The notes beneath the pieces were generated by a model that was not told the origin of the DNA, did no database searches, and worked only from the letters and a program-made list of their open reading frames with translations. From positions 1 to 49,576 of IMG/VR virus record IMGVR_UViG_3300027007_000029: a stretch of 49,576 nucleotides of DNA; one strand, written 5' to 3'. Position numbers and translations under genes: made by a program. How positions within the stretch are numbered: position 1 is the first letter of the stretch; each line of letters starts with the position of its first letter. The DNA is from a virus (lineage: Duplodnaviria; Caudoviricetes). Below, piece by piece: positions 10,077 to 19,151 of the stretch.

Positions 10077-10982
10077 TTAGGAACCGCTCTCCAGCGGCTC
10101 TTTGCTATCAGAGTAGAAAGTTGGGCCAGGGCCATTCTTAGTCGCCCATTTGCACGGGCAGATGTGATAGAAAGATGACTTTTGATCTTCTTCCGGCCCC
10201 CACGCACAGAGTGGGCCGGGACTAATCGGGTAGTTGTCAACGTCGGTGCCAGCGTCTTCGAGCTCCTGGCACAGACGCTCAACTTTCTCGCGGCGCTTCT
10301 GCGTGGATTCAGCCGTGATGAAATCATCGTTCATCGGGTAGTATCCGCCGACTGCCGCCACGTTGTATTCGTCCTCAAAGAGCAGGGCGTAGTATTCCAG
10401 CTCAAGGAAGATGCCGTCGTTGCGGTATTTCTTCGGCGGGGTCTTGCCCGTCTTGAAGTCAATGACGACGACGCCCGCCGTATCAGGGCGGAAGTCGGGG
10501 AGAGACGCGGCCTCCACGATCACGTCAGCGAAGCCCATCCGGGGGATTAGCTGATTCCAGTCCCACACCTCGGCCTCGATGCCGACCGCGGGGAACAGCG
10601 AAACGTCACCGATCTCGCGGCACCGCTGAAGCCGGCGGGCCTCGAACAGCAGGAAGTTCGTGATGAACGGCTCCGTGTAGTCCATCCACCGGGTGTAATC
10701 CAACGGAAGGTAGATCGTGAGATCGTCGGACACGTCGCCGGTCTCCTCGAACGCCTCTCGGACGTTGTAGTAGTAGTCCTCGAAGACGGAGTGGATGTTC
10801 GAGCCACGACGCATATAGAAGTTCGTCGGCTCGCGGAGCCCTCGGATATACTTAAGATAGAAGTGGTATGGATTTTTCGCGTACTCCATCAGCCGCGACT
10901 TGCTGATGTAGGGCATATGCGTGTCGCGTTCCTCCTGAATCTCTCGGGCGATCTCGAAGTTGGGGGAGTCAATGGCCGGCAT
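10077..10982 (-). CDS. Cas4/RecB-like PD-(D/E)XK exonuclease
   Basis: ISKSRL...FYLKYI, RGSNIH..FE, GFADV, DFKTGK, LEYY, C-terminal Cys cluster. Confidence 0.85.
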   Translation of the reverse strand: MPAIDSPNFEIAREIQEERDTHMPYISKSRLMEYAKNPYHFYLKYIRGLREPTNFYMRRGSNIHSVFEDYYYNVREAFEETGDVSDDLTIYLPLDYTRWMDYTEPFITNFLLFEARRLQRCREIGDVSLFPAVGIEAEVWDWNQLIPRMGFADVIVEAASLPDFRPDTAGVVVIDFKTGKTPPKKYRNDGIFLELEYYALLFEDEYNVAAVGGYYPMNDDFITAESTQKRREKVERLCQELEDAGTDVDNYPISPGPLCAWGPEEDQKSSFYHICPCKWATKNGPGPTFYSDSKEPLESGS

Positions 10983-11146
10983 CAGCGAAGCTCCTGCGGG
11001 TACTCAACGTCGACTCCGAGCGCCGTCACCGCCAGATCAAATTGATGGGCGGCGTTCTCGAAGTGAGTTCTTGCGGTCTCGTTCGACGTGAGCGCCGCGA
11101 GGTAGATCAACAGGTTGTACGTCTCTTGGGAAGTAATTGGTCTCAT
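10982..11146 (-). CDS. Small hypothetical protein (MRPITSQ...)
   Basis: TGATG coupling to the nuclease; internal ATG of the track ORF. Confidence 0.5.
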   Translation of the reverse strand: MRPITSQETYNLLIYLAALTSNETARTHFENAAHQFDLAVTALGVDVEYPQELR

Positions 11147-11171
11147 TGTCTTAGGGCTCGGGGGAGCTGTA

Positions 11172-11399
11172 TTACTGCGGAACGCGCCGCCGGGGAGCGG
11201 GCCGTCCGGTCGACTCGTAGGGCTTGCAGAACTCGGCTTCAAGCCACTCTTTCGTCGTCTCGTAGACTGCCGTCTGACAGGCCACGGGGCTTCCGCACGT
11301 CGCCCGGTAGATGTTCGTTCCGGGGTAGTTCCGAATCTTCAGGCGTTCACCGCACGATCCACAGCGGGCGTCGGTCTCAATGTCTTCTTCGGTGGTCAT
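11172..11399 (-). CDS. Small zinc-finger protein
   Basis: CGSCG...CGSPVAC; preceded by CCTGAACCC. Confidence 0.7.
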   Translation of the reverse strand: MTTEEDIETDARCGSCGERLKIRNYPGTNIYRATCGSPVACQTAVYETTKEWLEAEFCKPYESTGRPAPRRRVPQ

Positions 11400-11414
11400 A
11401 GGGTTCAGGATTTT

Positions 11415-11588
11415 TTACTGGAAACGATCAGCGTCGTTTGCTTGCCGTTCGAGGGCGCGGAGATGGTCAGTCACGTCGCGCACCTGCGTTGTCCCGTCGT
11501 TGCCGGTCTCAAACTCCAGCACGACGTACCCGCCGGCAACCGCGTGGGCCAGCGCCTCGCTCAGCACCTCCTCGGGTGTGAACTTCAT
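11415..11588 (-). CDS. 57-aa hypothetical protein (not in ORF track)
   Basis: MKFTPEEVLSEALAHAVAGGYVVLEFETG...; fills an operon gap. Confidence 0.6.
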   Translation of the reverse strand: MKFTPEEVLSEALAHAVAGGYVVLEFETGNDGTTQVRDVTDHLRALERQANDADRFQ

Positions 11589-11594
11589 CGGCGC

Positions 11595-11732
11595 TCAGCT
11601 CCGGGCGCGGTAACAGCTCGAACAGAACCGACCGCGGAAGCCCGCGCCGACACGGACTTTCGTTCCGCACTCGGCACACGGGCGACTCGGCTTTTGCTTT
11701 CGGAGCTGTCGCCACGAGGTGCGGTGGTTCAT
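11595..11732 (-). CDS. 45-aa basic zinc-finger protein (not in ORF track)
   Basis: CAECG...FCSSCY; ATGA overlap with the upstream gene. Confidence 0.6.
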   Translation of the reverse strand: MNHRTSWRQLRKQKPSRPCAECGTKVRVGAGFRGRFCSSCYRARS

Positions 11733-12259
11733 CGGGCCGCCTCCTCGGTGTTGTCGGGAGTATCAGCAAGTGCCAGATACAACTCTTTGTTTTCTTCCAC
11801 GTCTCGTTCCATCCACTCTTGGGCGCTCAGTTCGTCGTCGCCGTCGTCGGTATCCTCGTAGTTCTCGCGGTAGCCCTCAGCCAGCCGCTCAACAGGGGTG
11901 GCCTTCTCAGCCATATCAGCGTGGTTCTCCGCGGCCATTGCCGCGTACACCATTTCGTCCTCAGCGGAGTCACCGACCGCCTCGAAGTTCATTTCGTCAG
12001 CGAAGAACGTCCCGAAGAACTCTCGGGAGAACTTGTCGAGCCGACGGGTAAACAGCCCGAAGGCGATCACCTTCTCCGTGCTGTCGAGAACGATGGGCTC
12101 GCCGTGGGCCATAATTTCGAGGATCGAGCCGATGCTTTTCCAGCTCGATCCATAGTCTCGCGTTTTCTTCTCGAACGTGTCAGCGCCGGTTCGCAGAATC
12201 GTAGCGGCTTCGCGGCTGTTTTCGGTCTGGTCGTTGTCGGGGGTCGTGATTTCAGTCAT
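11729..12259 (-). CDS. Nucleotide-modification-associated domain 1 (DUF1599, MazG-like) protein
   Basis: FEKKTRDYGSSW, DKFSR and DSAEDEMVYA match the Kx2DYGxSW...DKxxR...DxxxDxxxY pattern. Confidence 0.65.
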   Translation of the reverse strand: MTEITTPDNDQTENSREAATILRTGADTFEKKTRDYGSSWKSIGSILEIMAHGEPIVLDSTEKVIAFGLFTRRLDKFSREFFGTFFADEMNFEAVGDSAEDEMVYAAMAAENHADMAEKATPVERLAEGYRENYEDTDDGDDELSAQEWMERDVEENKELYLALADTPDNTEEAAR

Positions 12260-12278
12260 TGTAGGGTTCAGATTTCAG

Positions 12279-12512
12279 TTACTCGAACAGGTCGTCCATT
12301 GAGGCGATGGTGGTAGGTCGCTCGTTGCGAATCCTGTCGATCTCCACGATGTTCAGCGCGGTCCAATCACAGCCGGGGCAATCGGCTATATCGTAGAACT
12401 GCTGAATCACCGGGGGCTGTACGAACGTCACCCCACAATTCGCACAGTAGAACCGATCTCGGGTATCGCAGAGATCGTCGTCGCCGTCGTGGTCAGTTGG
12501 ATTCTGGCTCAT
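12279..12512 (-). CDS. Small zinc-finger protein
   Basis: CANCG...CPGC. Confidence 0.7.
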   Translation of the reverse strand: MSQNPTDHDGDDDLCDTRDRFYCANCGVTFVQPPVIQQFYDIADCPGCDWTALNIVEIDRIRNERPTTIASMDDLFE

Positions 12513-12693
12513 CTCGGACTCTAATTATATCGCCAATGCGCTCGTATTCGAGACCGTCAGCCGTCGTGAATTTGATCGTCCCCGAAGGCATCCGCATAGC
12601 GTCAATGACGTTCTCGAATCGTTCGACTTCTCGGCCCTCCGGCTCGTCGTATGGATAGAGCCAGAGGGTGAACGGCGTGGCCTGCTCAGTCAT
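12493..12693 (-). CDS. Hypothetical protein (MTEQATPF...)
   Basis: Start overlaps the end of the HAD gene; acidic. Confidence 0.55.
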   Translation of the reverse strand: MTEQATPFTLWLYPYDEPEGREVERFENVIDAMRMPSGTIKFTTADGLEYERIGDIIRVRDEPESN

Positions 12694-13093
12694 CGGCGGG
12701 AACCTCGGGAGCTTCCGCCGGAATTTCACCCGTATTCGATGGGGGCCACGGTTGCCGAGCGAGAATCCCCGACACATCGGCCTGCCAACCGTCAGCGTTG
12801 ACGTTGACCGCCTTATCGTCGAGGTACACGTCGGAGCCACCTTTGCCCATCATCAGGCCGTGGAACCGAACGTCCCACTCAGTCAGTCGGGCGGCGACAA
12901 TGTGTGCCTCAGTCCACGGGCGAGCCGTCCACACCAGGAGGGTGTGACCCTCGTAGTATCGGTCCCGCATCCACTCAATGACTTCGGGATTTGGCCTCTC
13001 GTCGCCGTATTCGTATTCGTTTTCTGTCACCGTAATCGTGTGGTCGAAGTCGACGCTGATCGTTTTCTTCGACGCATAGGGTTCACTCGTCAT
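12686..13093 (-). CDS. Capless HAD-superfamily phosphatase
   Basis: DFDHT (motif I), WTAR (II), K...YLDDK (III/IV). Confidence 0.85.
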   Translation of the reverse strand: MTSEPYASKKTISVDFDHTITVTENEYEYGDERPNPEVIEWMRDRYYEGHTLLVWTARPWTEAHIVAARLTEWDVRFHGLMMGKGGSDVYLDDKAVNVNADGWQADVSGILARQPWPPSNTGEIPAEAPEVPADD

Positions 13094-13368
13094 TGTGGGT
13101 AGGATTCACGCTGATCTACGGCGGAACGCGGCTCGGGTCGTCGGTACAGGGCAATTCCAACCCAAATACAGAGTCCAAACGCCGTCGCCACGACCGAGCC
13201 CCACAGATCGAGGCCGATGTACGCCACAAGTATGGCAACCATCGACACGATCACGAGGCCGGAGTGGGTCATAGGCACCGCCGCCCGCCGATTAGCCAGC
13301 GTCGTCATAGCAGACAGATTCAGCGCCCACCCCGCGAGGGTGAGAACCAAATCCGGCCACGCCATCAC
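13090..13368 (-). CDS. Small 3-TM membrane protein
   Basis: Three hydrophobic segments followed by a basic stop-transfer YRRP. Confidence 0.7.
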   Translation of the reverse strand: MMAWPDLVLTLAGWALNLSAMTTLANRRAAVPMTHSGLVIVSMVAILVAYIGLDLWGSVVATAFGLCIWVGIALYRRPEPRSAVDQRESYPQ

Positions 13369-13589
13369 TCGTCGTCGGACTCCGCCGACAGCTCATCAGG
13401 GTGGCCGCGATAGAGGTAGTACGTCGGCACGTCGTCGTCCATCTCTACTTCAAGGCTGTTCAGCTCGTAAGCGTTGAATACAGATTCGATTAGTTGCATC
13501 CCGACAACGAGACGGTGGTGGTCAGCCTCCGTCATTGCCTCTGGAGTACGGTCGGGATTTGGCGTCGGGTTGGGGGCAGAGTCGATCAT
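13365..13589 (-). CDS. Small acidic protein
   Basis: Coupled overlaps; similar to the adjacent ORF. Confidence 0.65.
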   Translation of the reverse strand: MIDSAPNPTPNPDRTPEAMTEADHHRLVVGMQLIESVFNAYELNSLEVEMDDDVPTYYLYRGHPDELSAESDDE

Positions 13590-13792
13590 TACTCGCCCTC
13601 CGCGGTTCCAGTCTCGAACGCGATGTAGAACACACCGCGCCCTTCGGGTAGTTCGAGTTCCAGCTCGCTGATTTCAAACGAGCGGAAGAACTCGTAGAGC
13701 GCCGCCGCGAGGAACGTTGCGATTTCCTCCTCGGTTTCGCTCATCGGTACGTCTTCAGGTTCAGGTTCAGGGGTGGTCGTCGAGTTACTCAT
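13589..13792 (-). CDS. Small acidic protein (apparent paralog of the neighbour)
   Basis: FRSFEISELELEL...FYI vs FNAYELNSLEVEM...YYL. Confidence 0.65.
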   Translation of the reverse strand: MSNSTTTPEPEPEDVPMSETEEEIATFLAAALYEFFRSFEISELELELPEGRGVFYIAFETGTAEGE

Positions 13793-14075
13793 TGTCTTCG
13801 TGTTGCCAGCACCGATCACTGGGCTGGTCGACTGTCCGGGTACACAGCGTCCCGGCGTCAGTCAGGTATCCGCACTCCAGCTCAGCCTCAGCGTGGTTGT
13901 CGCTGAAATTCAGCGGAAGCGCGGTGTCCGTATCCGCGTCTGTCTCACCGATCTCCACGAGCGCCAACAGGTGCCCGTAGGTCGGGTTGTAATTCAGCAC
14001 TTCCACGATCCGTCCGGGGACTTCGACCGGCTCCCCCGGTTGCGCCCGGATCGTTACAAGGCGGTAGGTGCTCAT
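13785..14075 (-). CDS. Protein with C-terminal CCCH zinc finger
   Basis: CGYLTDAGTLC...CWQH; start MSTYRL overlaps the upstream stop. Confidence 0.65.
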   Translation of the reverse strand: MSTYRLVTIRAQPGEPVEVPGRIVEVLNYNPTYGHLLALVEIGETDADTDTALPLNFSDNHAEAELECGYLTDAGTLCTRTVDQPSDRCWQHEDNE

Positions 14076-14323
14076 TGCTCGTCCTCCGCCTCGCGGATTA
14101 TCTGTTCGAGAACATCCGGCGGGATTTCCGCCAGCCGCTCGTCCTCGGTGATTCGCCGGTAGAGGTGGTGGGCCAGTACCAGAACGCTCAGCACGTCCTC
14201 GTTGCCCGTCTCCTCGTATTCGTGTTCGAGGAGACCCATCGCGTCGACTGCCATTACCCGAAGCGTAGACAGCGCCTCGTGGCCGTCCAGAAGCGCCGCC
14301 GCGATTTCTTCGAGCGTCGTCAT
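14072..14323 (-). CDS. Hypothetical helical protein
   Basis: 83 aa, acidic, ATGA overlaps at both ends. Confidence 0.65.
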   Translation of the reverse strand: MTTLEEIAAALLDGHEALSTLRVMAVDAMGLLEHEYEETGNEDVLSVLVLAHHLYRRITEDERLAEIPPDVLEQIIREAEDEQ

Positions 14324-14739
14324 TGCGGAACCTCCTCGTCGTCAGCGTCGGGATCAACGATCTCTGTCGGACTGATCCACGGCTGTCCGAGCGCCCACCG
14401 TCGACGCGAAACCTCGGCGTGATACTCTTTATCGAGTACCGTCGACGGAGCGTGCGTCGGGAGCGGAACCGTATCGAGAAGCCCACACTCCGGGCAGGGT
14501 CGGTCGCCGTGGTCGTCGATGTAGCAGACGATGGGTTCGCCAGACTTCACCGAACACTCTGGACAAACGAACGTCCCAAGCTCGACGGCTTTGAACAGAC
14601 AATACGCGCCACCGAGCCACGGGCCGGTTTCCCACTCCCACGCATCAATAGTGGGATTGTAGATTCTGCGCGACAGCACCTTTACCACGCGGTCGTAGTC
14701 GGCGCGGGTTCCAATCGGCGTTGAGGGGTCTGACGCCAT
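14320..14739 (-). CDS. CPxCG zinc-finger protein
   Basis: CPEC...CPECG. Confidence 0.7.
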   Translation of the reverse strand: MASDPSTPIGTRADYDRVVKVLSRRIYNPTIDAWEWETGPWLGGAYCLFKAVELGTFVCPECSVKSGEPIVCYIDDHGDRPCPECGLLDTVPLPTHAPSTVLDKEYHAEVSRRRWALGQPWISPTEIVDPDADDEEVPQ

Positions 14740-16016
14740 CAGTTTTCACCACCGTCGGCTTCCAGCTCGGCGTCACAAACCGCGACTGACGACTCCGGTG
14801 CTGAGGGAATCGCGTCGGTGAAGTAGAGCGGGTACATCCACGTCAGCGGTCGGGAGTCGGACACACCGTGAATCGTCGCGGTCGGTGCGCCCCACACCCC
14901 GATTGACTCCTCATAATCACCGGGTGGGCTGATCGACCCGGACATAATGACCGGGACGAGCCCGTTCAGCCCGAGGATGTGCTCGATTTTCGTTTCGTGG
15001 AAGTGACCACGGTACGCAATGTCGAACTTGTGGCGGCGAACCCACGTTCCCCATCGCTCCAGGGCAGATTTAGTGCCGATGTGCGAGAGGGACTTGTGGC
15101 CGTGTCGAAGGTGGCCGCGCCAGCGCCCGTTCCGCATTATGAAGTTCGTGAACAGCGTGGATTCGTTTTGAATCACGGTCACGTTCGTCATAGAGGAGGC
15201 CGCAACCAGCCGGGTCAGCATCTTGTAAACAACCGTGTCAGCGTTAGCCCCCGCAGACGGCCCCTTTACTCGTAGCTCACCGTGGTTGCCGGGCTGACAC
15301 ACCACTTGAACTGTGGGGAAGCGGGCCGCAAGTTCCTGAATTTGCTCGAAGTAGAGCTCAACAGCGAGGTCGATCTGTTCATCGAGGTTCAGGCACAGTT
15401 CGTGCGCTTGCGACGGGAAGATGCCTTCGCCGGTCACAATGTCGCCGCCAAGTAGGAGGTGGGCCGTGTCGAATACGGAGCCCGCGGCCTCCTGCCGGTC
15501 AATGAGCTCCATTGCCCGGTGGGTTACTTCGCGGATTCTCTCGGCGGCGATTTTGTCGTCGAAAATGACATTGCCAAATTCGTCGTGCGAGAGAGCGCCA
15601 ATGTGGTCGTCCGTCCGGTGGATAACCACATCCTCGTGCCCGATCTCAGCGACGAGACCACCATCCGCGAGGACGGGCGGTGTCGTTTCCAAGAGCGCAT
15701 CGAGGCGAGCGTTGAGCTTCCGAAGATGCTCGTTGCGAATCTTCGTTTCAGTCTGTTTGGACAGGGGGGAGGTGTCCGTCGGTACAGCAGTTGGCTGTGT
15801 TCTCCGACGGGGCTGTTCGGTCTCTGGTTTGGGGGCGTCGGCTACCTCATAGACTCCAGAGGAGTCTCGGTTGAATACGTAGCCTTTCTTCCGCAGGCGA
15901 GAAATAAAGCCTCGGACGGACGATTGGGCGTAATTCAGCGACTCAGCAATCTCGCTGGTCGTCGCCGGCAATTTGTCGAGAACGGACTGCTCCGCAGGAG
16001 ATGGGATATGGGTCAT
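14739..16016 (-). CDS. N-terminal winged HTH plus calcineurin-like metallophosphoesterase
   Basis: TTSEIAESL...SVRGFISRLRKKGY; DDHIG, GGDIV, PGNHG, RHGH, GHFH. Confidence 0.85.
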   Translation of the reverse strand: MTHIPSPAEQSVLDKLPATTSEIAESLNYAQSSVRGFISRLRKKGYVFNRDSSGVYEVADAPKPETEQPRRRTQPTAVPTDTSPLSKQTETKIRNEHLRKLNARLDALLETTPPVLADGGLVAEIGHEDVVIHRTDDHIGALSHDEFGNVIFDDKIAAERIREVTHRAMELIDRQEAAGSVFDTAHLLLGGDIVTGEGIFPSQAHELCLNLDEQIDLAVELYFEQIQELAARFPTVQVVCQPGNHGELRVKGPSAGANADTVVYKMLTRLVAASSMTNVTVIQNESTLFTNFIMRNGRWRGHLRHGHKSLSHIGTKSALERWGTWVRRHKFDIAYRGHFHETKIEHILGLNGLVPVIMSGSISPPGDYEESIGVWGAPTATIHGVSDSRPLTWMYPLYFTDAIPSAPESSVAVCDAELEADGGEN

Positions 16017-16091
16017 TTAGGGTTCGGAATCGTGTTGGAATATCTGTACGAGAGAGTGGCGTCGAAATCCGGGGAGAGGGCAAATCGGCGT

Positions 16092-17291
16092 CTACGGGTG
16101 TGCGTCTCGGCACTTCGTACAGAGGTCTGGTCGACAGAATCGGGGGGCCTTCCGCCAAAGCGTCTCGGCCTTCCACCGATTGTAATTGTAACTGAGAACT
16201 TTGTCGATCTCGTCTCGGGTACAATCGCTGTCGTGGTCTGGTGTTCGCTCGTCGAGGAACGCGATGATTTCCTCGCTGGACACATCGAGGTTTGTGAGCT
16301 GGCTCAACAGCGCGAGCTTCATCTGGTGGCTCTGGTCCCCGTGGTCGTAGATTTCAGGATCATCCACGAACGCGAGGAGACAGGGCTTTTCCTTCAGAAG
16401 CCGCGGAATATGCTCAGCCGTCGCACGGATCGCTTGTGCGTCGTACCGGCTCACGCGGTTCGGATCATACGTCCACTTACCGCCGTTGGATTCGCTGGCG
16501 TCGTCAGCCAGTTTGATCCGGTGTTCAACTACTTTGCCAGCCTGCCGCGATTCAACGCGGCGGGATTCAGGCGGAAGCGGGCGAGGTTCTGCCGTCAGCC
16601 GCTCGTAGTCGTCGGCAGTCAGCGTCGCCAGCTCCTCGATGGAGACTGGGACGCAGTACCGCGGCTCACCGAAGTTCCGAGTCGCCCCCTCGTGGAGCGT
16701 ATTCGGAAGCCGAGTCAGCCGAGACAGATCGGACGAATCTACGTCTACCCACAAGCTCACGTCTTTGCCGGATTGCCGGTCAATCTCAGCCATAAAGTCG
16801 TTCGCAAAGGACTTCAGCCCCCACTTGAATTGCGAGGCAGTCCCGATCTCCGGGTCAAGGACTGGGAAATCGAGGTAGAAGTGAACGCCCTTATGCCCTG
16901 AGAGCGCTGCCCGCCACACATCGGAGTGGCCGCTTTCTACAAGCGTTCGGGCAAACGGATTAATCGCCAGCTTCAGGAGCTTCGTCATATCCGCTCGCCA
17001 CGCCGACCGATCTGCTTCGCCTGGAGACGACGGGCGACCGTACATCCCACCTGCCGGAATGTCGAAGTCGAACATCAGCGTGTCAACGTCGGGGATTCCA
17101 CCCTCCGTCGTGTGACCACGGGGGAAGCCGTACACCGAGATGTACGCAGGCTCATCGGACATAGCCGACACCTTACGCACCGCCTCGGTGGGGCCTTCCG
17201 CCGTACTTTGTGACTTTCCGATACGGCGGGGATACGAGGTTGCCCACTCTGCGAGCGTTTCGTTGAGGTAGGGATTCATCGTCGTAATCAT
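16092..17291 (-). CDS. Archaeo-eukaryotic primase, PriS catalytic domain fused to a PriL-like C-terminal domain
   Basis: FDFD, SGHKGVH, D..RLTRLPNTLH; C-terminal KPC...H...C..LC..C. Confidence 0.85.
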   Translation of the reverse strand: MITTMNPYLNETLAEWATSYPRRIGKSQSTAEGPTEAVRKVSAMSDEPAYISVYGFPRGHTTEGGIPDVDTLMFDFDIPAGGMYGRPSSPGEADRSAWRADMTKLLKLAINPFARTLVESGHSDVWRAALSGHKGVHFYLDFPVLDPEIGTASQFKWGLKSFANDFMAEIDRQSGKDVSLWVDVDSSDLSRLTRLPNTLHEGATRNFGEPRYCVPVSIEELATLTADDYERLTAEPRPLPPESRRVESRQAGKVVEHRIKLADDASESNGGKWTYDPNRVSRYDAQAIRATAEHIPRLLKEKPCLLAFVDDPEIYDHGDQSHQMKLALLSQLTNLDVSSEEIIAFLDERTPDHDSDCTRDEIDKVLSYNYNRWKAETLWRKAPRFCRPDLCTKCRDAHP

Positions 17292-18796
17292 CGGCTAAGT
17301 GTTCCCTGCGTAGAGCCACCATCAGCCGGCTCAGGTTCGGGCTCAGGCTCTATATGCTGGTCTTCCGATAACGGAGCATCGTCGGTCTCGTCAGACTTAC
17401 CGTACAACGGCGTCGACAGAACCTCTTTCAGCTCGTCTTCCGATTCAGCCAGCTCGTCTTCGAGCGACGTGTCTTCGAGGATGTTGACCGTCTCACCAGT
17501 AATCGGGTGCGTGACGATCATCGCCTCGGGGGAACAGTACCGCTCAACGTACTTTTCGGCCTGATCTGCCGGGAGAGTCGCCCGAACAGTCTCGGCGGCG
17601 ATCTCGACGACGCCCTCCCAATCAATCTTGGACTTGTAATCCATATAGGAGGCCATCGGAGACGCCTGCCACGTAATCGGGCTATCGTCGTGACGGATCA
17701 CGTAGCCCTTCGTGAACATATTTTCCAGCGAGCGTCGAACGTCGCGGTCAGTCACGTTGTGGCCGCCTTGGATCAGCATTTGCTGAATCTCAGCGACGGT
17801 GTACGACGACGGCTTTTCGCGCAGGAGGCTCAACACCTCAATGTCGTGGCCGCGAAGGTTGAGTGCTGATCGGAGCATTTTCTCTCCGAAAATCGCCATC
17901 GCATACCAGCAGTCAACGGGGGTGACAATCATCACCCGATCCCCGCCATCGAGGAACGTCAGCATCCGTTCGGCGTGGTGGTACAGCGCGACCGCCCGCA
18001 TAAACTTGAACAGGCGTTGATTGTCGCGCCGGGCCTCGTTGAACATCGGCGGGATTACCTCAGCCTCCGCGATTGCCTCAGCCGCCGGGTTCCAGAAGGT
18101 CGCCATTGGCTTCTCGCTCTCGCGGCGGGTGCGGAATATCTCGGCGGTCTCGAAGACGCCGGTCATATATTCGCGGATTTCCCGAGCTCGATCTTCGCCC
18201 ACCGAGTGCTCGAACGTTCGGGCCTCAACAGCGGCTTGAAGCGCCATTACCGCCTCGGTCTGTTCACGGGAGCCGTCCGATGTGAGGATCAGCGCCCGGT
18301 TCTTGATCTCGGCGTAGTCGTTGAGGTTAATGTCCTCGTTGTCGGTCGCAATCTGGAGGATCAGCGTGGCCGGCGGGTCAATCGTTTTGTCGACGACTTC
18401 CCCAAGGGTCACGTCAGTCACCTTCCGGTTTGAGGGCCGACCGTCACCGTGGTCTTTCAGAATCGGCTCCCACGTTTTCTCCATCGAAGCCAGATCGCCC
18501 CAATTGTGGACAGGGCGCTGGTTCATTTTGTCGAACTCGTAGTAGAGCGCGGTTTCCGAAGCGGTCGTCGGCACCGTGTAGACGAGGTTTTCGTGGTTCG
18601 TGAACGTCGAGGACGCCGAGTTGACGCTGTGGGTCTTACCGGACGACGAGGGGCCGTCGAAGATAATCAGGCCGCCCATCGGCATCGCCAGCGCCAACGT
18701 GAGCAAGTTGTGTTCCTCCCCCGCGGTGGGGTAGTCCTTCGCCAGTTGCAGAACCTCGTAGAGCGACGGGACAGCCGGTGTCTCGCCGTCACTCAT
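17288..18796 (-). CDS. AAA+ ATPase with winged HTH, probable replicative helicase
   Basis: Walker A GPSSSGKT, EIKNR arginine-finger region, ARRD sensor-2-like motif, HTH TVAEIQ...VRRSLENMFTKGYV; coupled to the primase. Confidence 0.7.
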   Translation of the reverse strand: MSDGETPAVPSLYEVLQLAKDYPTAGEEHNLLTLALAMPMGGLIIFDGPSSSGKTHSVNSASSTFTNHENLVYTVPTTASETALYYEFDKMNQRPVHNWGDLASMEKTWEPILKDHGDGRPSNRKVTDVTLGEVVDKTIDPPATLILQIATDNEDINLNDYAEIKNRALILTSDGSREQTEAVMALQAAVEARTFEHSVGEDRAREIREYMTGVFETAEIFRTRRESEKPMATFWNPAAEAIAEAEVIPPMFNEARRDNQRLFKFMRAVALYHHAERMLTFLDGGDRVMIVTPVDCWYAMAIFGEKMLRSALNLRGHDIEVLSLLREKPSSYTVAEIQQMLIQGGHNVTDRDVRRSLENMFTKGYVIRHDDSPITWQASPMASYMDYKSKIDWEGVVEIAAETVRATLPADQAEKYVERYCSPEAMIVTHPITGETVNILEDTSLEDELAESEDELKEVLSTPLYGKSDETDDAPLSEDQHIEPEPEPEPADGGSTQGTLSR

Positions 18797-19016
18797 CGCT
18801 GTCGTCGCCCTCCTCGGTCAGTTTCTTGGCGAGGATGCGAGACATTAGATTGCGCTCGGCGTTCTCACGGACGAGCTCGCCAAGCTCCTTCGAGACGGCT
18901 TCGAGATCGTCGTCGTCATCGAGGGTTGCGGTCACGGACTCAAACACTTCGACGGGCTCGAAGCGTTCGAGCTGAATTTTACGGCCATAGCTGGCGGTAT
19001 ATTCTGTTAGTTTCAT
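18789..19016 (-). CDS. Hypothetical protein
   Basis: 75 aa, acidic; CCTGAACCC upstream. Confidence 0.7.
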   Translation of the reverse strand: MKLTEYTASYGRKIQLERFEPVEVFESVTATLDDDDDLEAVSKELGELVRENAERNLMSRILAKKLTEEGDDSDE

Positions 19017-19151
19017 TTCGGGTTCAGGAATTTCTCTGGAGTCGATTCAGCTCACAACCGCCCGCCGATTACACGGTGAAAGTTACCCCCGGAATACGGC
19101 GGAAGGCGGCGAGGATCGGGGAGGTGTGGTCAGCACCCCCGACGCTCAGCC

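Noticed and set aside
10077-10982. CRISPR-Cas locus (Cas4-like gene)
   Set aside because: No other cas genes and no regularly spaced identical repeats; solo Cas4-like nucleases are common in archaeal viruses
15459-16901. 480-aa plus-strand ORF
   Set aside because: Antisense shadow of the primase and phosphoesterase genes; non-acidic, no motifs
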